This document shows positions 51,200 through 59,218 of a stretch of 64,000 bases of DNA, piece after piece. The translations under genes and the position numbers were made by a program. The notes beneath the pieces are model-generated. The model worked only from the letters and a program-made list of their open reading frames with translations, did no database searches and had not been told where the DNA came from. Positions within the stretch are counted from its first letter, which is position 1. Each line of letters begins with the position of its first letter. Source of the stretch: Trueperaceae bacterium (lineage in GTDB: Bacteria; Deinococcota; Deinococci; Deinococcales; Trueperaceae); NCBI GenBank assembly GCA_034520945.1, contig JAXHNB010000002.1, positions 192,001 to 256,000 on the forward strand, given 5' to 3'.

Positions 51200-52113
51200 G
51201 ATAGCCTCAGGCGCGGGTCGAGAAGCCCGTACGCCACGTCGGTGAGGAGGTGGATCGAGATCGCGAACAGCGAGATGAAGATCGTGATCGCCTGCACCAG
51301 CGGGAAGTCGCTGTCACGGATGGCGCCTTCCAGCAGCGTGCCCAGGCCGGGCCAGGCGAACACCACCTCGATGTAGACCGAGCCGCCCAGCAGGTAGGTG
51401 AACTGAATGCCGATCACGCTGACGATGGGGATGGCGACGTTGGGCAGCACGTGCTTGAACGACACCAGCCTGCTGGGCACGCCCTTGCTGAGGGCGGTGC
51501 GGATGTAGTCGCTCTTGCGCACCTCGAGCACGGCGGAGCGGGTGAGGCGCACCAACTGCCCCATCCCCGCGAAGCCGAGGGAGACCGCCGGAAGGACCAC
51601 GGAGATGGGCGCGTCCCGGCCGAAGGCGGGGAACCAGCCCAGCTCGACCGCGAAGAACACGATCAGGATCATCCCCAGCCAGAAGTTCGGGATGGTCTGA
51701 CCGGCCAGCCCCACGCCCCGCGCCAGGGCGTCGAGCGAGGAGCCGGGCCGCATGCCGCCGGCCAGGCCGAGGGGAATGGCGACCAGCATCGCGAACGCCA
51801 GCGCGGCGGTGGCCAGTTGCAGGGTCGCGGGCAGGCGTTCGTTGATGATGGCGAGGTTCGGCCGGCGCTGGCGCAGCGAGTCACCCAGGTCGCCCTGGAA
51901 CACGCCGCCCATGTAGTCCACGAACTGGACCGGCAGCGGTCGGTCCAGGCCGAGCGCTTGCGCGAAGGCTTCGCGTTGCTCCGGGGGCGCTTCCTTGGGG
52001 ATCATCAGGCTGACGGGGTCTCCGGTGAGTCGCACCATGAAGAACACCAGGATGAGCACGCCCAGCATCAACAGGACGGACTCGCCGGTGCGGCGGATCA
52101 GGTAGCGGGTCAT
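51196..52113 (-). CDS. ABC transporter permease (DppB/OppB family)
   Basis: LGLDRPLPVQF, GDLGDS, RLPATLQL, DYIRTALSKG, EVVFAWPGLG. Confidence 0.93.
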   Translation of the reverse strand: MTRYLIRRTGESVLLMLGVLILVFFMVRLTGDPVSLMIPKEAPPEQREAFAQALGLDRPLPVQFVDYMGGVFQGDLGDSLRQRRPNLAIINERLPATLQLATAALAFAMLVAIPLGLAGGMRPGSSLDALARGVGLAGQTIPNFWLGMILIVFFAVELGWFPAFGRDAPISVVLPAVSLGFAGMGQLVRLTRSAVLEVRKSDYIRTALSKGVPSRLVSFKHVLPNVAIPIVSVIGIQFTYLLGGSVYIEVVFAWPGLGTLLEGAIRDSDFPLVQAITIFISLFAISIHLLTDVAYGLLDPRLRLS

Positions 52114-52151
52114 GGGTTCGAGACCGTGAACATGATCATGAACAAGATAGG

Positions 52152-52178
52152 TCGGTCCGGGCGGAGCGCCCGGACCGA
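52152..52178. other. 12-bp stem hairpin between the SBP and permease genes (mRNA stabiliser or partial terminator)
   Basis: TCGGTCCGGGCG-GAG-CGCCCGGACCGA. Confidence 0.6.
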
Positions 52179-52185
52179 AGCGGGA

Positions 52186-53714
52186 TCAGTCGGCGAAGCC
52201 GACGTCACGCAGGTAGTACTCCTCGGCCGGACGGGGGTTATAGCCCTCCACGTCCTCGTTCACGGCCTCGAAGATGACGGGCTGGTAGAGGTAGATGAAC
52301 GGGGGATCCTCGCGCATGAGGTCGTGCATCTCCTGGTACAGCTCGGCGCGGGCCTCGCGGTCCACCTCGCTGCTCGATCTCCTGGATCAGCGAGGCTATC
52401 TCCTCGTCCTCCCAGGTGTTGTAGTAGTTCCCGGGCATGAGGGCGCCCTCCAGGCGGGGGTAGGCCTCCCCGAACTCCGAAGACCAGCTGTCGACGTACA
52501 TCGGGCCGGTCACGGCGTAGTTCGGCTCGCTCCAGAAGCTGTTGGTGGTCTGGAAGTCGACCTCGACGTCCACGCCGATCTCGCCGAGGTTGCTGGCGAT
52601 GGCCTGGCACACCTCGTTGATGTTGATGTACCCATCCGCCGGGCAGCCCATGGTGATCTCGAAGCCGTCGGGGTAGCCGGCCTCGGCCAGCAGCTCGCTC
52701 GCGCGCTCGGGATCGTACGGGAACGGCTGCATCGTGTCGGGGTCGTAGCCCAGGTTGCCTTCGACGATGAAGCCGGGGGCAGGGTTCGCCTGGCCGCTGA
52801 AGATCGCCTCGATGATGCCGAAGCGGTCCAGGCCGAAGTTCAGCGCGCGGCGGACGCGGGCGGTTCTCGACCGGGCTGCCCTCACCGGCGCCGATGTTCT
52901 TGAACGCCACGTAGTAGACGCGATCGTTCAGGTAGCTGATCACGTCGACGCCGGGCTCCTCCTCGAGCACCTCGACCTGCTCGGCGGTCAGGCGGTTGGC
53001 GATGTCGATGCCGCCGGTCTGGATGGCCGCCATGCGCGTCGAGGCGTCAGGGATGACGCGGTACTCGAGCCGGTCGACGCGGGGGAGGCCCTCGTCCCAG
53101 TAGTCGTCATTGGCTTCCATCACGATCCGCTCGCCGGCGGTGCGCGACACGAACTCGAAGGGGCCGGTCCCGACCGGGTTCTGCGCGAACTCGTCCAGGC
53201 CCACCTCACGGATGTAGTCGGGCGGCACCATGGCCCAGTCGTTGAACACCAGCGTCAGGAAGGTGGCGTTCGGCTCGGCCGTGGTGATGCGGACGGTGTC
53301 GTCGTCGATCGCCTCGACCGAGTCGGCAACGGTGAACGAACTGGCGTAGTCGTTGCTGTCGTCCGACCCGGTCTCCCAGGTGGCGACGACCGACTCCGCG
53401 TCGAACTCCTCGCCGTTGTGGAAGGTCACGCCCTCGCGCAGCTCGAACACGTACTCGGTGCCGTCGTCCGAGATGGTCCACGAGGTGGCCAGCGACGGCT
53501 GAACCTCGCCGTCCTCGTCGATGAAGATCAGCGAGTCGTACAGCGACCAGGCCGCGTTCGAGGCGGTGCGGTCGGCGGTGCGGGGCATGAACAGCGAGGT
53601 CGGGTCGCTGGACAGCGACACGGTCAGGGTCTCCTCCTCCTGCGCGAATGCGAAGGGCAGGACGAGGAACAGCGCGAGGGCTGCGGCGAACCAGGTCTTC
53701 GTACGTCGAATCAA
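52186..53714 (-). pseudogene. ABC substrate-binding protein (family 5), interrupted by two frameshifts (about 52862 and 52370)
   Basis: Signal peptide, PSLATSW, LREGVTFHNGE, PVGTGPF; continues as RVRRALNFG...; the last part (EVDREARAELYQE...DPPFIYLY...GFAD*) is in a third frame. Possibly sequencing errors. Confidence 0.85.
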
Positions 53715-53931
53715 GGGAACTCCTTTGCGAATGGTACGAACGCGTGCTCGGCGCTTGCGCGCCGACCGACGCCGGCACGCCCGCCCGAAATTCGGGGTGG
53801 TGGCGAAGGGCGAAGGAACCTGCGGGTCCGTTCACCGGGCGTGACCGGCGTCGGTACGGACGGAAGACACCTTAGCACGTCGGAGGGGACGGCCGGGCGG
53901 ACCGCCGCAGGCCGGGTGGCGGAAAAGGCCG

Positions 53932-55173
53932 TCAGGAACGCGTCAGCGGATGTCCCTCGCCGAAGGCTGGGAGCCCGAGGAGCTCGGCCAGCGTCGCCTC
54001 GACGTCCGCGGCGGCAGCCCCGTCGCGCACGCCGGGCTGCACGCCGGGGCCGCGCGCGATCAGCACGCGCCGGTCGCTGCGGGTGCCCGGGGCGAAGCCG
54101 TGCCCCGAGCGGTGGCGGGAGGGGCCGGTCGCGCCTTCGGTCCCGGCGGGCCGCGGCTCGAACACGTGGCCGGGCGGTGCGACGAACGTCGCCACACGGC
54201 CGCGAACGTCGTCCGGCAGGTGCGTGCCCTCGAGCGGCGTGGCGCCGTGCGCCGCCAAGCGCGCCTCGGCGTCGCGCCGTTCGGCCGGCGTCTCGGCCAG
54301 CACGTACAGCACGCCCCCTTCGGCCGAGGCCGGCATGTCGGGGAGGATGGCGTCGTGGTACAGCGCGCCCTCCACTCGGCCGTGGCCGTGGTCGCTGGTG
54401 ATCAGCACCGTCGCCTCGTCCAGCCGCCCCGCCCGGCGCAGTTCGCCCATCAGGCTGCCCACCAGGCCGTCGGCGTAGGCCAACGACCAACGCGAGAAGG
54501 GGTCGTCGGGTCCGGCCACGTGCTGCACCGAGTCGGGGGTGAGGATTTCGGTGAGAATCAGGTCGGGCGGGGGGTCCTGAAGCGCCAGGCCGGCGCTCCA
54601 GCGCATCATGGTCCGGTCGCCCTCCAGTTCGGCCAGCAGGTAGTGCAGCCGGTCGCCGGCGTACGCGTCCGGCACGTCCGCCGGCAGGCCGGCGCGGTGC
54701 AGCGGCGCCATGCGGCCGGTGGGGTCGTCATGCCGCTGCGTGCGCAGCCAGCCCTCGTCCGCCGGGATGGGGTGCAGATCTCGGGCGCGCTGCAGCATCT
54801 CGCCCGCCCACCAGGGGCCGCGGTAGGCGTGGGCGTCCTCCGGCCGCACCATGCCGAAGCCCATCACGGCCACGTCGAGGCCGGCCTCACGTGCGCGGCG
54901 GGGCAGGGTCGGCACGCGCACGTCGTCGGGGTTGGCATACCGGAAGGCCGTACCGTCCAGGACGAGGTTGCCGTACACGCCGTGCCGCTCGCTGCCGACG
55001 CCGGTGAGGATGCCGGTCCGGCCGGGGAGCGAGGTGGCGGGCACGTCCGCGGCCACGGACGCGACCGTCCGCCCCTCCGCGGCCAGGGCGTGCAGGTTCG
55101 GCAGGTCGGCGGCGTGCTCCGTGAACGCATCGGCCGAGAGGCCGTCGATCATGATCATCAGCAGCGTGGACAT
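53932..55173 (-). CDS. alkaline phosphatase superfamily protein (nucleotide pyrophosphatase/phosphodiesterase-like)
   Basis: IMIDGL, PATSLPG...LTG...HGVYGN, DSVQH, TSDHG, SGHG. Confidence 0.85.
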   Translation of the reverse strand: MSTLLMIMIDGLSADAFTEHAADLPNLHALAAEGRTVASVAADVPATSLPGRTGILTGVGSERHGVYGNLVLDGTAFRYANPDDVRVPTLPRRAREAGLDVAVMGFGMVRPEDAHAYRGPWWAGEMLQRARDLHPIPADEGWLRTQRHDDPTGRMAPLHRAGLPADVPDAYAGDRLHYLLAELEGDRTMMRWSAGLALQDPPPDLILTEILTPDSVQHVAGPDDPFSRWSLAYADGLVGSLMGELRRAGRLDEATVLITSDHGHGRVEGALYHDAILPDMPASAEGGVLYVLAETPAERRDAEARLAAHGATPLEGTHLPDDVRGRVATFVAPPGHVFEPRPAGTEGATGPSRHRSGHGFAPGTRSDRRVLIARGPGVQPGVRDGAAAADVEATLAELLGLPAFGEGHPLTRS

Positions 55174-55214
55174 GCGGGCGAGGGTACCCGCCGGCGGGCG
55201 CGCGGCGCCAGGCG

Positions 55215-56363
55215 TCAGGCGGTGCGGCCGCGCGAGGCGACTGGCAGCACGCGGGTGACCCGGCCGTTCCGGGCCAGCGTAAGGTGGTCGAACAGGTTCA
55301 CCACCGGGCAGATGTGGTTCGGCACGATGGCGACGCGGTCGCCGACCGCCAGCGCCTCGGCGTCGGGTCCTTCCACGACGCCGTGCTCCTCGGAGAGTCG
55401 CGTTAGCACCACGTCGGTCCCGGCGATGCGGCCGTAGCCCCGCGTTGCGCACACGCCGGCCGGACGCGCGTCGGTGGTGAGGCTCTTGCTGCCCGCGTCC
55501 AGGATGGCGCGATCGCCGGTGCGGCTCACCACGGTGGCGACCACGAACGCCGCGCAGCGGTCCAGCCCGCCCGCCAGCCACGCCTGGGCGGCGTCGTGGA
55601 AGATGGAGGTGCCGGGCCGGATCTCGGTGATTCCGTCCAGTAGGGGTACGCCCGCGGTCTGGCTGGGCGTGGAGCCCATGGAGACCACCGGGGGCTGGGT
55701 GAATGCGCCGGTCGTTCGGCCTGCCAGCTCGACCATGCGGTGCTGGGCCTCGCGGTGACGTTCGAAGAGGGCCTTCGTGTCGGGCGCATCGTAGGTGTAC
55801 CCCTCGTAGGTGTACAGCCCCTGCAGGTGGAGGCCAGGGCGTTCTCGCGCCCAGGACAGGAATCCCGGTACGTCCGCGGGCGCCAGGCCGCCCCGCCCCG
55901 CGCCGGTGTCCACCTCCACCCGGACGGCGACGGTCGCGCCCTCGGCCTCGGCGGCGGCGGACAGGTCCTCGACCTGCCGGCGGTGGTCGACCCCCACGAC
56001 GAACGCGATGCGGCGCGCCAACCGCGCGGCCCGCCGCGCGTTGTCGGGCCCGTACGGCGTGTGCGCCATCACCACGTCGTGCACCCCGCCGTCGGCCATC
56101 ACCTCCGCTTCGCCCAGCTTGGCGACGCATATGCCCACGGCGCCACGCGCCACCTGTTCGCGGGCCAGCGCCGGACTCTTGTGCGTCTTGGCGTGGGGAC
56201 GGAGCCGCACCTCCTGCGCGTCGGCGTAGGCCTGCGCTCGGTCCATGTTGGCCCGCATCCGATCCTCGTCCACGACCAGGCACGGGGTGGGGAGGACGTT
56301 CACGGACGTGCCGACCGCGGTCTCCGGCGCGTCGCGGGGTGCACTCGGGTGGTCCGTCGTCAT
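55215..56363 (-). CDS. PLP-dependent fold III enzyme (D-threonine aldolase / DSD1 D-serine dehydratase family)
   Basis: PTP, RPHAKTHK, EVDTG..RGG, EIRPG, DAGSK, SEEHG, PNHIC. Confidence 0.88.
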   Translation of the reverse strand: MTTDHPSAPRDAPETAVGTSVNVLPTPCLVVDEDRMRANMDRAQAYADAQEVRLRPHAKTHKSPALAREQVARGAVGICVAKLGEAEVMADGGVHDVVMAHTPYGPDNARRAARLARRIAFVVGVDHRRQVEDLSAAAEAEGATVAVRVEVDTGAGRGGLAPADVPGFLSWARERPGLHLQGLYTYEGYTYDAPDTKALFERHREAQHRMVELAGRTTGAFTQPPVVSMGSTPSQTAGVPLLDGITEIRPGTSIFHDAAQAWLAGGLDRCAAFVVATVVSRTGDRAILDAGSKSLTTDARPAGVCATRGYGRIAGTDVVLTRLSEEHGVVEGPDAEALAVGDRVAIVPNHICPVVNLFDHLTLARNGRVTRVLPVASRGRTA

Positions 56364-56458
56364 GGTTCGGAATCTACCAGCGCCGTGCCCCGCCGGTCGC
56401 CTCGGGTACGGTGGGCCGAGCCTGCGTGGCCCGTGCCAAGGCCGGAGGGAGGACGCGA

Positions 56459-59218
56459 TTGAAGTCGGGCGGGCGAACCGTGCTGCGGAGCGGGCGTGCG
56501 CCGGATCCGGCTTGGATCCCGGACGGCGCGACGGTCCTCACCCCGCACCGCCGGGCCGCGGCGGCGGTCGGGCACGCGTACCGCTCGCTGGCGCAGCGTG
56601 CGGCCGAGGATCACGCGCGCGCCGGGGGGCGCATCGCTTCGCGCCTGCGTCGGTGGCGCGCCTTGACGGACGCGGTGCGCGCCGTGGCGCCAGAGGGCGA
56701 CGTCGCGGCGTTGCGCGGCACCCTGGAGGCGCCGGTTCGCGAGGCGTTGCGCAGCGGGTTGGTGGACGCGGCGTTGCCCGCGGGGGTGTCCGAGGCCGCG
56801 TCGCGCGCGGTGCGTGTGGCGCGCGCCTACCGCGACGCGCTGGCGGCCGAAGGCGAGATCGACCCTGCGGAGCTGTTCCGGGTCGCCGCCCGCGGGGCCG
56901 AGCACCACGGCGCGCCCGTGGCGTTGCTGGGCTTCCCCGCATTGGACGAGGGGGCGTGCGCCTACCTGGACGTGATCGCCGGGGAGGGGAGCGTGGTGGT
57001 GCTGCCCCCGGAGGAGACGGACACGGCCGCGCGTTTGGCGCGGCTTGGGTGGGTGGAGACCCGCGATGAGCCCGGGGTCGAGGGGTGGACCGTGGGGGCA
57101 CGGTGGGCGGCGCGTTTCACGGGCACGGTCCCGTCCGAGGGGGCGCCACCTCGGTTGCCGGTGGCGTTGCGGGTGCCGTCGCACGACGACGAGGTGCGGG
57201 AGGTGCTGGTGCGGGTGGCCGGCGCGCGGGCGCGGGGCGTGCCGGCCCACGACATGATCCTTGCGGCGCGGGATCCGGTCGCATGGGCGGGCCGGGTGGC
57301 GGAGGTGGCCTGGGAGTTCGGCCTGCCGGTTCGCATGGGTCATGCCGTGGCCGTCGCGGAGACCGACGTGGGGGGCCTGATCGCACTGCTCGGCGAGGTC
57401 GTGCGGCGGGGCGCCCCGTTCGAGCCGACCGCCCGCCTATTGGGCCACCGGCTGGTCGGGGGCTGGGCCGCCGACAGGTGGCGCGAGGTGCGGGGCGTCC
57501 GTCCGGAGGGGCCCGGGGCGTGGACGGCGTTCGACGCGCGGGCGGCGCAGCTGGACTGGCCGTCGGAGGACACGCGCGAGGGGTACGCGCACCGCTTGGG
57601 CGCGGCGCTGACGGCGCTGGACCTTCCCCGCGACGGCCTCGCCCCCCACGACGTGGCCGTCCTGCACCTGCTTCGCCGCGCCGTGGCGGACGCGTGCCGT
57701 CCCGCGGCGCAGCGCGTGGCGCTCGGCACGTTTCTGGCGGACCTCGACGACCTGGCCTCGCTGTTGCGCGTGCGGGCCGCGCCGGTGGGGCCCGCGGGGG
57801 CGGTCGAGCCCGTCGAGTTCGTCGATCTGCAAGCCTTGGGCGGCGCCCGGGTGCCGCACCTGTTCGTGCTCGGCGCCTACGAGGGCGCGCTCCCCGCGCC
57901 GGTGCGGGACGACCCGGTCATCGACTTCGCCGACCGGCGGCTCCTGGCTGGGGCCGGCGTCGACCTGGACGACGCCGCTGGGCGGGCGCGCCGGGAGGAG
58001 GCCGCCTTCGCCGGCGCGCTGCGCGCGGCCGAGGCCTCGTTGACGCTTACGGTGCCTCGCCGCGCCCGCGACGGGCCGCTTCTTCCCAGCCCGTACCTGG
58101 CGCGGCTGGGGCTCGAAGGCGGCGCGCCGCGGCCGGCGCCCGTCCGCCCGCCGGCCAGCGTGGAGGAGTTCCGCCGTGCCCAGCTGCAAGCAGCGCCGGA
58201 GCGAGGGGGGCACGACCCGGTCCTGCGGGCGGCGCATCGGGCCTGGCAGGTCGAGCTGGCCCGGGAGGGCCCCGGGCCCGCCGACGCGCACGACGGGGTG
58301 ACCGGGCGGCCGCGCGATCCGGAGCGTACGGGGTTCAGCGCCACGCGCATCGTGGACCTCGGACGGTGCCCGTTCCGGTGGTTCGCCCGTTACGTGCTGG
58401 GCGCCGAAGCGCCGGAGGAGGCAGAGGAGGCGATCACGCCGCGCCTGCGGGGCCGCTTGTGGCACCAGTCGCTGGAGCGGGCGGGGGCACACGCCCTGGC
58501 GCGGCTGCGGGAACGCGGCGAGGTGCAGGCGGACGGCGCGCCATCGGCGGAGGCGGGCGACCTCGGCGCGCGCCTCCGCGAAGAGGTCGAGGCGCACCTC
58601 CCGCGCGCCTACCGCGCCGCCGAGGCGGAGGCGCGGGTGCCGGACACGCCGGCGTGGCGGCGGCTGCGTGGGGGCGAGATCCGCGCCCTTCAGCGGTTGG
58701 TGCGCAGCGACGCCTTCCTGCGCCAGGGGTATCTGCCGGTCGCCTTCGAGGCGTCGTTCGAGGGAGGGTGGCGTGGACTGTCCGTGGCCGGCGTGGTGGA
58801 CCGGATCGACGCCGGTCCGGAGGGGTTGGAGTTGATCGACTACAAGTCCGGGGCCGGCCGGCCCATGGGGGCCAAGGACGCCTCCGGCTGGGGGAACGTG
58901 GACGTGCAGCTCCCGCTGTACCTCGAGAGCGCGGCCCAGGTGCTGTACCCGGACCGCCCGTTGCGGGGCGCCCGCTACGTGTCGGTCCGGGCCGTGGGCA
59001 CCGTCGCCTCGGCCGAGCCGGGCGCCCGGGAGGAGGCGCTGGACGAGTTGGCGGCGCGCATCCGCGGCCACCTTCGCGCGGGGTCCTATCCGGTCGACCC
59101 CGACCGCCGCAAGCAGGTGTGCCGTACCTGCGACCTGGCGGTGGTGTGCCGCGTCGGGCCGCGCGTCGACCGCAAGCACGACGCGGCGCCCGCTCCTGGG
59201 GCGGGCGAGGGGTCGTGA
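56459..59218 (+). CDS. AddB-like protein: inactive helicase scaffold plus PD-(D/E)XK nuclease with Fe-S Cys
   Basis: FSAT...RCPFRWF, GVVDRID, IDYKSG, QLPLY, CRTCDLAVVC; RBS GGAGG before TTG 56459. Confidence 0.85.
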   Translation: MKSGGRTVLRSGRAPDPAWIPDGATVLTPHRRAAAAVGHAYRSLAQRAAEDHARAGGRIASRLRRWRALTDAVRAVAPEGDVAALRGTLEAPVREALRSGLVDAALPAGVSEAASRAVRVARAYRDALAAEGEIDPAELFRVAARGAEHHGAPVALLGFPALDEGACAYLDVIAGEGSVVVLPPEETDTAARLARLGWVETRDEPGVEGWTVGARWAARFTGTVPSEGAPPRLPVALRVPSHDDEVREVLVRVAGARARGVPAHDMILAARDPVAWAGRVAEVAWEFGLPVRMGHAVAVAETDVGGLIALLGEVVRRGAPFEPTARLLGHRLVGGWAADRWREVRGVRPEGPGAWTAFDARAAQLDWPSEDTREGYAHRLGAALTALDLPRDGLAPHDVAVLHLLRRAVADACRPAAQRVALGTFLADLDDLASLLRVRAAPVGPAGAVEPVEFVDLQALGGARVPHLFVLGAYEGALPAPVRDDPVIDFADRRLLAGAGVDLDDAAGRARREEAAFAGALRAAEASLTLTVPRRARDGPLLPSPYLARLGLEGGAPRPAPVRPPASVEEFRRAQLQAAPERGGHDPVLRAAHRAWQVELAREGPGPADAHDGVTGRPRDPERTGFSATRIVDLGRCPFRWFARYVLGAEAPEEAEEAITPRLRGRLWHQSLERAGAHALARLRERGEVQADGAPSAEAGDLGARLREEVEAHLPRAYRAAEAEARVPDTPAWRRLRGGEIRALQRLVRSDAFLRQGYLPVAFEASFEGGWRGLSVAGVVDRIDAGPEGLELIDYKSGAGRPMGAKDASGWGNVDVQLPLYLESAAQVLYPDRPLRGARYVSVRAVGTVASAEPGAREEALDELAARIRGHLRAGSYPVDPDRRKQVCRTCDLAVVCRVGPRVDRKHDAAPAPGAGEGS

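Noticed and set aside
52360..52870. Programmed ribosomal frameshifting in the SBP gene
   Set aside because: No slippery heptamer, and two independent shifts would be needed; error or decay is more parsimonious.
58330..59218. Cas4 / CRISPR-associated nuclease
   Set aside because: The Fe-S PD-(D/E)XK domain is the C-terminus of an AddB-like protein; no cas genes or repeat-spacer array seen.
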